Part shown: piece after piece, positions 27,691-41,640 of the stretch
How positions within the stretch are numbered: position 1 is the stretch's first letter
How the letters are laid out: the number at the start of each line of letters is the position of its first letter
NCBI RefSeq assembly: GCF_009914755.1
Contig: NC_060938.1
Length of the DNA: 64,000 nt
Strand: one strand, 5' to 3'
Origin: the human T2T-CHM13v2.0 reference genome, Homo sapiens
The notes under the pieces: generated by a model
Told to the model about the DNA's origin: nothing
The model's database searches: none
Seen by the model: the letters and a program-made list of their open reading frames with translations, nothing else
Translations under genes and position numbers: made by a program

Positions 27691-29034
27691 CTGCAGTTGA
27701 AAGAAAACTGACTTTGATATATGGCAGTTTCAAAATATACAAATACAAGCAGAACTGAACACTAAAAGCTTCCAGAATTTTATATAATACCCATGAAAAA
27801 TACTGTATAATTTGGACACTTGAATTAATTTGCCTATTTCTATGGTAATCTATGGAATTCATACATTTTAGCTATGCATTTTAGTGGTAGGCAGAAGGGT
27901 AAAGTAAAGCTGTAAAAACCAAGTTAAAAGCCCAAATAACATATGTACATATTACAGAGGCAGAATTTTAGATTTCAATAAATTGACATTATCTAAATAA
28001 TACAAGCTTTCTCCTAAACCTATTAGAGAGGTATAAATTGCAGGCATTTCACTAAACAGTACTCTTCTTACCTCTTACCTGCTAACTGGCATATCTTATA
28101 CTGTCGTTTAGATGAAATAAGAGATTAGAAGCAATTTTAGAGTTTGAATAATTTCTCTAATACTGTAAGAATTTAGTGAACTATCTTATTTAGACACATA
28201 AGTTTTATTATGGGGTAGCATGCAAGAGCTCTTATTAATCTATTTTATGGAATTTGGCTGAACTCCTAAATCTTGGATTAAAAGAAAGAGCTTTTTAAGC
28301 TCAATGTTGCTCAGGATTAGAGAATAATAAAAAGTCAGCAGAACCCCAATCTGTATTCTCTATAGCCTATTTTCTGTGTTGTGAGCAATTGCAGCATTTT
28401 TTCTCCTGTTCTAAAGCTCTAGAATCCTTTGAGCAGAATTGTGAATGTTATCACCAATTGGGTCAAACTCAATATTTTTTCATGAAATGGACGAAGAGAG
28501 TGCAATAAATAAAAATGAACTTGGTTTAAAAAAAACTCCTAGATATCTTGAAGATGACTAAAAACAACTAAGTTTATGTCTTCCCAGGGATAATATTACA
28601 ATCATGTAATTGAAGGGATTTCCCCACACCCCCAATAAAAGGCAAAAAAAAAAAAGGATTTCCACATAATTACAAACATTTGTTTTCTTTGAAGTGCTGG
28701 CAATTTTTGTACTGCATCTTAGGATGATAAAGAGCAAGACAGGAGGAATGCAGCGCCTGGTATTCTCGTTACAATGCTGATACCGCTGGAGGTAAGGAAG
28801 CCACCTGCAGGATGGTTTCTATCATTCTTCTGAGGCTAAAATTTTATGAAAAGGCTGGCCTGAGAATGAGGAGCAAGATTCGGGGATGTGCAGTGACTTG
28901 CTTCAGAAGTCAGCTTGAGATGATCTGGGTTTTTCAGATGGGACACTTCTTTCCCCTTAGATTCTGGAATAGAGCCTAAAGGCTCTGAATTAAGTGTCTC
29001 CCAAACAACCACCTCAGTATGTTGTTGTTGTTGT

Positions 29035-29283
29035 TGTGTGTGTGTGTATGTGTGTGTGCATGTACATGCACACTCGTGCCCCACAATCATTTCCTGATAT
29101 CCTGGCTTGTGGTTACATGCAATTGGGACCTTGCAAATAAAGCAGTAACATGAACCATTGTGTGTATGTGTGCACGCACACACCCATATGTGCACACCCA
29201 TGCCCAGCAATCATTTCCTGATATCCTGGCTTGTGGTTACATGCAACTAGGATCTTGCAAATAAAGCAGTAACATGAATCATT
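29035..29283. repeat. 124-bp tandem duplication
   Basis: 76-bp cores at 29084-29159 and 29208-29283 are 72/76 identical, each preceded by a TG/CA-rich tract. Confidence 0.92.
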
Positions 29284-31559
29284 TTTTTTTTCATGGCTAG
29301 CCGGTTCTGCATTATCCAGACCAATTGAAAAGACAGACAGCCTATGCTAATTGTGACTTAACAGCAGTCAATTCAGTCCATGGCTAATCTCCAAATTCTG
29401 TTTGAGCCATCCAGCCTGCTTAAATGCTAGTTTGTGTTATTTTTACCATAGTTGCTAACAAGTGGCACATTAACCGAATCCAGCTCCACTTCCTCTACCC
29501 TCCCTATTTGTGGCAGGCAAGGTGGGTACTCAGGAGCACTGCAAAGCTCCCAAGGCCAGCAGGAGCCGGGGGAGAAAAGGTAGTTTTAAGAGACATACCT
29601 AAACAACTACACATTAGAAGGCTCCCTCTCAATCATTATGAATTCTCTAGACCCATTTCCGGCCAATTCCTTCCCTCTTGTTTGCTCAGGGAAGCATGGA
29701 TGGAGCTCAGGGTGAACGGGTCAAAACTGTTGGGGCCTTCCTTTTGTGGCCTTCTCCTCTTTGGGGCCCACGAGCCTCAGGGGGAGATACTGGGGTACCC
29801 AGGCCTCAGCCTTGAAGAGTGGGAAAACTGGGGCCCTAGATCCAGAGGAAGTTGCGTGAAGGGGAAGGTGGGGGACGAAAGGGGACAAGAAGAAAACAGG
29901 GCTCAGCAGGCATGAGGACAAGCTCCCAAGAGCTGGCAGGCTGGCAAAGGAGGCGGCAGTGGGGCAGCTGCTGCGCTGAGAATGGGAGGGTGCGTCCTCG
30001 TCCCAGCCATGCCACCAACTCACTGGGTGACCTTTAGGCAAACTGCCCATTTTCTTACTTTGGATGAATTTACCAACTCATTTTCTGATTCTACAGAAGA
30101 CATAGGGAACAAGGGTGAGAATTCTCAGGTATAAGTAGTAATCATCATCTTGCCAGGGCTCCCACATAATAGCTTTTTCTTAAAAATTTCCTCCGAAAGG
30201 TAGAAACTTTACCTTAATGGTAGACACAATCATACAAAAGAAATTAATCCAACTTTACCCAACTGCATTTCATCTCTTCTGTCATCGTTAGCCATTATAT
30301 AACTAATGACAAGTTGAGGTCTAAAGGTCACCGGCATCCCCTAAAATTCTCTATTTAGGTGCAGGGAGGGCCTTGAACACTGCCAACCCACGAGAAAGTT
30401 GATTTGTAAATAATGACAACATCAACTCTAAGGTCTAGTAATGGTTCCTTTATAATTTTAATATGTCTGGCTGAGATACTACCAGGAAATTCCTGGAGAA
30501 ACACAGCCTCTGAACCACAGCCAGCCAGGTAAGAGCTGAGGCATGGAGGCCAAGAATGGCTGAAGTCCCACCCCGACCCCAAGTCACACTGTCTGCAAAC
30601 ATGCCAAGGCAGAATCTACTGTCGATCCCAGGTTTATGTGGATAAATGGGTATCAAAAAAGGAATAGGACTTAAATTGAAAATTAAGAGTGCATCTTGAT
30701 TATTAGGGATCAGCTAGTCTGATGTAAGGACTATCGAGGCCTCACCACGCTTCCATTTTGTGTCAATTCATATAGGTCAAAAATCTCCCCATGACAAAGA
30801 AAGAAGGGTCCCTCACGCAGCCCAGTGCAGGTCCACTGGGCTACACTCTGCTGAGTGGGTCAGGTGAATCCCACATAGAACATCACCTTGCACAAGTGTT
30901 TCCATGTTCCTGCTGAGAGGACGGGCCTCTCCACAACTCCAAGGTGGGCTGTGTACACCAGAGGCAAGGAGATGACAGGCAGCCAACGGTGTAGCTGGTC
31001 GTTTACACAGCTTTGGTTCGGCCATCAAGAAGTCATCCTGACCCTTCAACATCCCTCTGCTTTCCATTTTATTTTATTTATTTATTTTTGCAAGCTCTTG
31101 AGGATTTATTGTGTCCACGGAAGGGCCTGGCCAGTGCCTGGCTCGGGATGTTCTGCCCTCCCCGGCCAAGACCCCTCCATTTTCCATTTTAAACAGCATT
31201 CCCATCCTTACCAAAAACTGGAAACCAGGAGGTTCAGATCTACACTCAATATTCCATGATAATTACCTTTTCCGCCGAGACCTACAAAGGAGTTTAGACA
31301 GTGCCTGGCACTCACTAGCATTCAATGAATCTTTTCATCATCTGCTTCTTGGAAGTATTATCCAATATTAACCAGTATCCACAATAGCTGTTTTTAATCT
31401 TCTGCTTTACTTTGTGTTAACTATCTAGTCTAATGTGCATTTAATTGTCGAAGCTACCTCAACTGCTTCTTACAAGAAGAAATACAATGAAAAAAAGTAT
31501 GCCTGACTGACTGAAACACACACACATATATATATACACATTAAGAAACATGTAGATGC

Positions 31560-32055
31560 AGGGGGAAAAAAGAAACACGTACAAGACTCTTCACAGAAGC
31601 ACTGTTCCTATTAGCCCCAAATGGGAAACAACTCAAACTCACAACACAAGCAGAATGGGTCAATATATTGGAGGACAGTCATAAAATGAAATACCTCGCA
31701 GCAATGAAAAACACTGCTACATGAAGAAATATGGGTGAATAGTTCAAATATAAAGTTAGACAAAAGAAGTTAAACATTAGAGAGTGCATATCGTATGATT
31801 CCATGTATATAAATTTCAAAAAGGGGCCAGACTAATTATTGTGACAGAAGTCAGGAGAGTGCTGCCCTGGATGGGGGTGGTGACTGGAAGAGGCCACGGG
31901 AGGGCGTGTAGGGCTCCAGTAGTGTCCTTTCCTGACCAAATGCTACTTACATGGATATGTTGATGAACTTGGTGGAAGTTCATCAAGTTTCATACTTTTG
32001 ATTTATTTTTCTCTATGTATGGTGTGTATCCAAAAAAGCTTACTCTAAAAAATAA
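31560..32055 (+). mobile_element. Old L1 (L1ME-like) 3' end
   Basis: gcactgttcctattagccccaaatgggaaacaactcaaa...gaagtcaggagagtg...ggtgactggaagagg. Confidence 0.7.
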
Positions 32056-32629
32056 GTAAACTAAAGCTGATACAATTCTTCACAGAAACCACCCAGAAGG
32101 AAAGAAAGCAAGGAAGCCTATGACAGGTGATCCCTCTTCTCATTCCATCCAGGATTTTCTACATTGTATTTCCTTTCAAATTCAAGATGGGCAGAGTGAG
32201 CATCCTGTATGCATTTCACGTTCAGGTCTCTTTGACCTGGGGTGCAGCTTCCTGGCAGGGATTGTTTTTCAGTTATGTTCCATTACAACCAACTCTTCTG
32301 AATGGTCCTTGTGGTTTTCTGGAGCTAGAGGGATCTCTGCCATCTAAATTTTGCTTGACACTTATTATACTTCTCATAAGAGACTGTGGAGAAGGAGACT
32401 GTTAGCCAAAATGAGGTTTGCACATTATCTACGGATTCCCTTTCCCACCTCCAAACCAGCATAACTGAATGGTGAGAATGTGCTTTCTGCCAATGTGAAT
32501 GGGTCAGAGTCCAGCCTTGGTAAGAAGGGAACCTCCAAACAAGAATAACTCCCACAGCTGTTCCTCTTTACTAATATTCTAAGAAGTAGAGCTCTGAACC
32601 CACAAAATTACAAAGCTAAAAACTGATGG

Positions 32630-34385
32630 TGATAAATGAAGGCATAGGATTCATGTGGAAATCGATGAAACAGAGAACAGAATCACAACAGAAAAAAGTC
32701 AAAACCCAAAGTTGGTTCCTCAAAAAGATCAACAAAATTGACAAAACTTTTAGTTAGACTGACTCTAAAAAAGAGAAAAACGACTTAAATTACTAAAATG
32801 AGAAATGAGAGAACATGACAACCAACCCTGTAGAAATACAAAAAAATTATAAAGGAATGCTATGAACAACTGTACGGAAGCAACTTAGGTAATTTACATG
32901 AAGCAGACACATTTCTAGAAAGATGCAAACTATTCAAACTGATTCAAGAAGAAATAGAAAATACAAATAGACCTAAAATAAGTAAAGAGATTGAATTAGC
33001 ATTTAAAAAAAAACAAAAAAAACTTCCTACAAAGAAAGCCTAGGTCCAGGTGGCTTCACTGGTGAAGTCTACCAAAGATTTAAAGGATTAATACCAATTC
33101 TCCACAAACTCTTTCAAAAAGAAGAGGAGGGAATAGTCTCCAACTCATTTTATGAGGCCAATATTACTCTAATACCAAAACCAGACAAAGACATCATAAG
33201 AAAACTGCAGAATAGTATCCTTTATAAATATAGATGTAAAAATCTTTAACAAAATATCAGCAAATAGAACCCAGCAATAATAAAAAGGAGTATATACCAT
33301 GACTTGGACAGGGATGCAGGTTGGCTTAATGTGTGAAAATCAATTAATGTATACACCACAGCATTAGAATAAAGGGCAAAACCCACATTATCATTTCAAT
33401 TGATGCAGAAAAAGCAGTTGACAAAATTCAACACCCATTAATAATAAAAATAACAAACTAGAAATAGGAAGCCCTTTACTTAACCTGATGAAGGGCATCT
33501 ATAAAAGCCCACAGTGAACACCATACTCTGTGAAAGACTAGATAATTTCCCCCGCCTGAGATCAGGAATGAGACAAGGATATCCATGCTTGCCACTTCTA
33601 TTTAACATTGTACTGGAAGTTCTAGCCAGGACAATTAAGGAAGAAAATAAAATAAAATGCATCTAGGTTAGAAAGGAAAAAGTAAAACCATCTATATTAG
33701 TATTAATAGATGACACAATCTTGATATAGAAAATCCTAAGGAATCCAAAAAAACTATTAGGACCAATAAACAAATTCAGCAAGGTTACAGTACACAAGAT
33801 CAATTTACAAAATCTGTTGTATTTCCATATACTTGCAGTGAGCAATCCAAAAATGAAATTAAGAAAACAACTCTATTTATAATAGCATCAAAAAGAATAA
33901 TGCATATTTGCATGCACACATGTGCACGCACGTGTGCACACACATTTAGGAATAAGCGTAACAAAAGAAATACAAGCTTTATATCCTGAAAAATACAAAT
34001 CATTGTTGAAAGAAATTAAAGACAACCTAAATAGATGGAAAGATATCTCATGTTCATGGATCAGAAGACTTAATATTTTTAATATGGAACTATTCCTCAA
34101 ATTGATCTACAAATTCAATGCAATTCCTATTAAAATCCCAGCTGCCTATTTTTTTTTTTTTTCAAAAATGGACAAGCTAAAATTCATATGGAAATGCAAG
34201 GGCTTGGGAGACAGGAAGGTGACAGCTAAGAGGTGCTGGGTTCATTTTGGGGGTAATAAAAATGTTCCAATCATGGCGATGGATGCACAACTAGGCAAGT
34301 ATATTAAAAGCCACTGAATTGCACACCTTCAATGGATGAATTGTATAATATGTGAATTATGTTTCAATAAAACAGTTTTTTTAAA
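32630..34385 (+). mobile_element. Old L1 (L1M): degenerate ORF2 region joined by an internal deletion (~34200) to the 3' terminus
   Basis: ORF2 remnant peptide KEIKDNLNRWKDISCSWIRRLNI (ORF 33922-34317); jumps from gaaatgcaaggg to 3'-end sequence. Confidence 0.9.
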
Positions 34386-35349
34386 AGCTGATCACGTGTA
34401 TCCATGTGAACTGAAACTTGTGACTCAGTAGACAGTGCTACTACGGGAATGCTCCCTTTAATGACTGCATTTTCTGGAGCTGTATTTTGCTTCTATAATT
34501 CTCCTTGTACACATGGGAAAGCTGACATTAGAAAAGTGACAAAATCTGAGTGGTTCAGGAAATGGAGAAATGGCCAGCACTGTGAGCTTCTCTGCCTTCA
34601 AGGGGTGAGGCCATACTGGATGGCACCCAAAGAGACACAGAGCTCTGGCCATGTGTCAAAGTGGACTGGGGGAAGAGGGTGAGAATGGAGGTCCTTAATG
34701 CACCTGGCACCTTGGTTATTAAGAAGCATCTAAAGCAGGGGAAAACTTTAGAGTCTATTTTTATGATATAAATATCACTTAAAAATGAACCCCAAACCTG
34801 CTTCACAATGAGGGGTCAGCATTTTAAAAATAAGAGCATTGAAAATTGCTAGAACAGATGTTCTATGAATCCAGATAAGGACTAAAGAGTAAACACATAT
34901 TGTGAATTAAGCAAACTCATGGTTCAACAAGGCTGTAGAAAAGGGGGATGAAAACTAAATTACGATAAGCCGAGGGAAAAACCTAAGAATATGCTAACTC
35001 ATCTGAATCCATGTAAGAAACACAAACTTGAACAAGAAGGTGACAAGAGAGAGAAATGCAAGGGTCAACTTAAGAGGATTATTAAGAGGTGGCAACCTTG
35101 AAGAAATGCCGACTCCTCTGAAAGTACAACAGTCATTTTCAGATGTTTGAAATCTTGATCTTCAGATGGAGAAAGCGTGTAGTCACGCCATCTCTATTAG
35201 TGCTTTCTCTGGGACTTCAGAAGCAGCCACCTCATCCTCTCAGCTGTTTTTCTAATTTGAAAACATGGAAAAGGTCTTCAATATTTATTCATGTGTGTTC
35301 CCCTTTCCTTCACACAGAGATTCTGAAAAGCCATCATGTCTTGTCCTTA

Positions 35350-35991
<642 letters not shown>

Positions 35992-36696
35992 AAGAGCAGG
36001 AAAATATGGGAATTCAAGACTTGAATGGGAGGCATTGAGAATGAGTCAACAACCATTCCAGCCTCCCAGCCCTTCTCCTTGTCTCTCCCTCCTCTGTCTG
36101 GCTTCCCCTGGCCTGGGGAAGGCTCATGCTAAGTCTATAGTGATTCTCTGGCCCATTATCCTCCAAGGTGATCAAGTCTCAAATTTAAAACTTAAAAAAG
36201 ATAAAGAAGTTCTAAAGACACATCACCTTCCAATCACTTGCAAATATTAGATTCTCCTTCTTATATCTAGTTCCATTTAGAACAAGATTTTAAACAAAAG
36301 GATCAAGGAATTGCTGAAGAAAAGAAATGTTAGATGGGTGAGATCGATGTTAGATGTTAGATGGCTTACAGATAGCTTTATTTCTGATTGCTGTCTGATG
36401 CTGAGGTCTTATAATAAATGGAAAGAAAATTCCAAAAGCCAATAGTGATGGCTGCAAATGGCACCCAAGCACTGAGATGAGAGCATTCTCCTACTTAAAA
36501 TGTCCCTGCTAGTGCACAGATATTTGCTGAAGTTACGAAAAGTAATGAGGAATCTCTACTAAACTGGAAAATGACACTTGTTCATTTGATTTTCTTTTAA
36601 GGAAAAAATCTACTCTTGTACTTCTCATCATCCTTGAATTTTCCCAAGTTTTCCTCCCAACCCATAACCTACAAGTGAGGACATCAACTTTCATAC

Positions 36697-36869
36697 TTCT
36701 CTCCTGAGTAGACACGGGCTCTCCGAGTGAGAGTGTAGGTTTTTGTGTTTGCTCCTTTGCGGAGAGGATCGTCCAGAGGTGACTGGCACGGTGGATCCTC
36801 CAGAGGGTTCCAGTAGCTCTGCTCACACATACCCCGCAACAAGATCTCTGCCAGCTGCCTGGCTATTGT
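36697..36869 (-). CDS. TTC7B: TTC7B coding exon (~exon 7, 173 bp): TIARQLAEILLRGMCEQSYWNPLEDPPCQSPLDDPLRKGANTKTYTLTRRARVYSGE(N)
   Basis: Translated by hand. Acceptor ttttcctcgtttatgttcccag|ACA, donor GAA|gtatga. Phase 0 to 2. Confidence 0.95.
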
Positions 36870-38844
36870 CTGGGAACATAAACGAGGAAAAGCATAGCCA
36901 TGAATCTATCTTGTATTAGTCATTCATTCAGTCAGTCAATAAATATTTATATCATCACATTGTGCTAAGCACTACTGCAAGGCTCATAATTAAAAATTTT
37001 TCCTTTACGATGGTAATCATACCAGTTTATGACAAGAAAGAAAAGAAAATATGATTCACTAAGATGTTTGAACACTTAAAAGGTTCATGTACTTCAAATG
37101 CCACCCCACCTGTCACACTCTGGAATACTAAACATGTTTTATACCTGAAACAACTGAAACTTTTGGCTAAGCCCTTTCCCAAGAGCTCTTATAAATAACA
37201 GGTGAGCTGCAGATATTAGCATCACTAATGATGTGTGCTTAACCTCAAGCCTGGCAAAATGCTTGTACTCAGCTTAGATAACGCTATCCCTGAAAAAATT
37301 ATCCTCACTGACAATCCGATGTCCACTGTAGACGTCTTCTTTCTTACATGTACCAATGGCAGGGCCTAATCATCCCACCCCCGAGGACTCAGCACCTGAG
37401 TGTCTACTCTCAGTGCATCCTGGGCTCCTGGCCCAGAGGTTTTCACTGGCCTTGTGCAATAGGGAAGGCAAAGTGGGAAATGGTTCCCGATCAAGAAAGA
37501 CCTTTCTTTAAAGCTGGATGGGTATCCCCTTCTTCACAGTGAAAACCCAGAAACATCTGGATCCTGTCCTCCAAGTTAGATGCAGATTAATATGCTTCCC
37601 AAACTTCTGTAATTCCACTGCCTAAAACAGTACGATGTATAATATAATGTATGGGGGAAAAGAATGTGTGGTATGTACTAAGAAGTGTTTTGTTGACTGA
37701 TGTATGTCAGTTCACTTAGCTTGTAATCTTCCAGTAACAAAGAAGAGGATAAGTAATTTAAAAAAAAATCCCTCTGAAAAGAGAAGCACTGCATCCCAGG
37801 GTAGTTCACTCTACCCATGATCAGCCAGAGGTGGCATCATAAACCAGCATGGTTTTCTACCAGGTTTTAGCATTCTTTGAAGATGCAGACAAAGACTGCT
37901 GATCTTCTGAGAAGGAGACTTTTTTAAAAAAATAAGTAAATGTTTCAGAAGAGGGCTTTGCTAAGCTTTCATCCATATGAAATCTCTTAAAACACCACAA
38001 GGAAAATTAAATCCAACCAAATCACTAACAGAGTGGTTTCTGATAACCACTGGGTAAAGGCAAATTTTCTTGATTATTCCCAAGTAAGACCCATTGGCAT
38101 TAAATGTCTATAAAAATGTGAAATTAAATGCACTCTGATCATCCCCAACTGAGCAATCTGTAAAGATCTCATAAGAACACAATTTTCAGGACCTAAACAG
38201 CTCCTGAACTGGTTTCTTAAACCTTCCATTATAGTTTCATTTTGATCTCATTGCAGTCATATAAGCTAATGACTTTTGCTGGAAACTTCAACTGGCAAAA
38301 ATAACTTCCACTCACTATAGCTGAGAAATAAGTGTTAAAAGGAAAAAAAATGAACGAGGAATTTCATTTTCTGAATACATTTGCCATGGAGGGATTTTAA
38401 AGTTGTAAAAATTTCTGCCCTAAACAGTTTGCTTGTTCACTACTAGATAGCTCATGCTAGGTCTCATTTTCTCTCAGGGTATTAACCTTCCTGAGAGATT
38501 TTTTAAACGTGGGGTTTTGATGTGATTGCATATTCTGAAGACATCACTTCACCAGTTCTCTACCTATTAAGAAGGCCATTTGGTTATGTCCACTGAAAGC
38601 TCAAATGAAGTTCAGAAAAAAACAATAAATATGAAATTACCAGCAAGATCACCAATATCTAGAATACTTTTTACTTTTTAAACTCAACCTACATTTAGCC
38701 TGTAGTTTAAATGCATCCAATTGTTGGTAACTATAAAATAAATTCAGGATCAAAGGAGAGAAAGGTGGGAAGTGGGCCTGAAATAAGACCTGGATGTTTA
38801 TGTACAAATTTGGTCATTAAATGCCCTTTTTGTGTGTGTATGTG

Positions 38845-39510
38845 TTTTAAAACTTGTGATGAAATTCACATAACATAAAAGCCACCACTTTAATTATTTA
38901 AAGTGTACAATCCAACAGCATTCAGGACACTCACAATGTTGTGCAACCATTAGCACTATCTAGTTCCAGAACATTTTCATCACCCCAGAAGGAAACCCTA
39001 TATCCTTTAGGCAATCACTCCCCACTTCCCCTCCCTCTCAGACTCTGGGAACAACCAACATGCTTTCTGGCTCCATGGATTTGCCTATTTTGGACATTTT
39101 ATATAAATTAAAGTATGCGATATGGGTCTTTTTGTGACCAGCTTCCGTTACTTAGCATAAAGTTTTCAAGGTTCATCAGTATCATTGTGTATGTATCAGT
39201 ACTTCATTCTTTTTTATGGCTGAATGATATTCCATTGCATCGATAAACCACATGCTGCTTATCCATTCTTCAGTTCTAGACATGTGTATTGCTTCCAACT
39301 TTTGGCTATCATAAATAGTGCTGCTACGAACATCCATGTACAAGTTTTTGTTTGAACATCTGTGGTTTTTTTTGTTTGTTTTGAAACAGGGTCTCACTCT
39401 GTCACCCAGGCTGGAGTGCAGTGGTGCAATCACACATAGCTCACTGCAGAACACCTGTTTTTAATTATTTGGAGTATATACCTAAGAGTGGAACTGTTGA
39501 AAATATACTT
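38845..39510 (-). mobile_element. L1MB-like 3' end containing an ~85-bp 5'-truncated Alu (39364-39448)
   Basis: Reverse L1 3' UTR; Alu stub flanked by gaacatctgt / gaacacctgt. Confidence 0.88.
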
Positions 39511-40759
39511 TCAAATCCTTCTCTGCTATGATCTCACACCAGATAGAGTTTACAAAGCAACTTTTCCATCTCATAAGAATATTATAAATTTGCAATTATC
39601 AGCTAATCTTAAAAAATCATAGTTTTTAAGGCTGATGGAAACACTGCTTATGAATGTCATTAGATGGAGAAACTTTCTAACGTCCAATGTAAATCAAGAT
39701 ACCAGTGAGAGTCAACAATATGAACAAATGCTCCATACTTAAGCAATTTTGAAAAACTGACTTTTTAAATGCGCTTTTAAAACAATTACGAAAACACTTG
39801 CCAATTCAGTCAGTTACTTTCATTGTGCTTCCAAATCTTGGAAGAAGCTGTTCATATTGACCAGTTGGGAAGTTTTATGAATACTGAGAAGAGGTAAATT
39901 TGAGAGAAAAGACAGCTGGCAACAACTTTTATCCATATTCTTGTAGGTTCTTTTGCCTTGAAGAATCCTAAAAATGGAAATATTTTGTTTGAACTTCTTA
40001 AGGCACCTATAAATCACATTGATATTTAAGTAAATTTTGAAGGCCAACTGAGCTCTTGGTGGTGGTGATGGCAGGGTGTGTGTGTGTGTGTGTGAAGTTG
40101 TCCATCCTGTCTCACCCCCATAATTCTAGGAAAGCCCAGCTTGGCCATCTGGCCCCATGAGTTGTACGTCCACCTCTTAAAACTCTGCAGACACCACAAT
40201 GAAGTCATTTCCTATGACATGAATCTCTTAGCCATGCCCAACTGAATAATCTCCTACAGCATTTAAAGGATTCATGATAAAGAAAGGACAAAAGTATGGG
40301 CAATAAAAGATAAATTGCAATCTTACATGAGGTTGTTACATCAACTGTGACATGTGGCATTTGCTTAGTTTTAATAAGCACCAGTCCTCCACTCAAGCAC
40401 CCACTGGCTATGGCTGTGTAGGGCAAGTTATAGAGGTCTACCTAATGAACGTCCCTAGATAGGAAAGTGAAAGGATTAAAAAAAGAAAAGAAAGAATTCA
40501 AGTCAACAGGAGAGTCAAATTGCTAACCAACCAGTTAATTTAACTATGTTGTATATTTTTCTTCCAAGTTTTATAGTCAATATAATTAGCCAAACAACTA
40601 GCAGCCCTCGGGATCCAATCTGCCTTATTCTGTCTGGGTTTGGTATGAATCATAAGCATACACCAACCCCTCAACACCCTGGCAGCCACGAGGGCCTACA
40701 TTCTGCCTGCCTTAACAGGTGCAATTCTCAGGTTTCAGCAGAGAACGCTGCCAACAACA

Positions 40760-41640
40760 CAGGAAAGGATGCTCAAAATCATTAGCCATCAAGGAAGTGC
40801 CAATCAAACCACAATGGAATATCACCACACTCCCACCAGGATGGTTACACCTAAAAAGATAATAACAACTGTTGTTGAGGGTGTGGAGAAATTGGAACCC
40901 TCATAACTGCTGGTGGGAATGTAATATGGTACAGCTGCTTTGGAAAACAGTCTGGCAGCACCTCAAATTGTTAAACACAGTTACCATATGACCCAGCAAT
41001 TCCACTTCTAAGTATACAGCCAAGAGAAAGAACACATAAGTCCACACAAAAACTTGTACATGAATGTTCGTAGCAGCATTACTTGTACTTGCCCAAAAGT
41101 AGAAACAACCCAATGTCCATCAGCTGATGAATGGACAAATAAAATGTGATATATCCACACAATGGAATATTATTTGGCAATAAAAAGGAAAGAAATACTG
41201 ATCATGCTGTGACCCAGAGGAAGCTTGAAAGCATTATGCTAAGTGAAGAAAGCCAATCACAAAAAGACTACAAATTAGTCAGGTGTGGTGATGCGCACCT
41301 GTAGTCCCAGCTACTCGGAGGCTGGGGCAGGAGGCAATGAGCCAAGATTGTGCGATTGCACTCCAACCTGGGCAACAGAGCGAGACTCTATCTCAAAACA
41401 AAAAAACAAAACCACGAATGGTATCATTCCAGTTATAGCAAATGCCCCAAATAGGCAAATCCATAGAAACAGAAAGTAAATTAGTGGTTGCCAGGGACTA
41501 GGGGGAGGGGAAAATGGGGATTGACTACTAACGAGTATAGAGTTTCTTTTGGGGGTGATTAAGATGTCCTGAAATTAAATATTAGTGATAGCTGGACAAT
41601 TCTGTGAATATGCTAAAAACTTTAAATGAGTAAACTGCTA
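40760..41640 (+). mobile_element. L1MB-like 3' region containing an Alu right-arm fragment (~41272-41410)
   Basis: L1 ORF2 end and 3' UTR motifs; Alu right arm with ~30-bp internal deletion. Confidence 0.88.
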
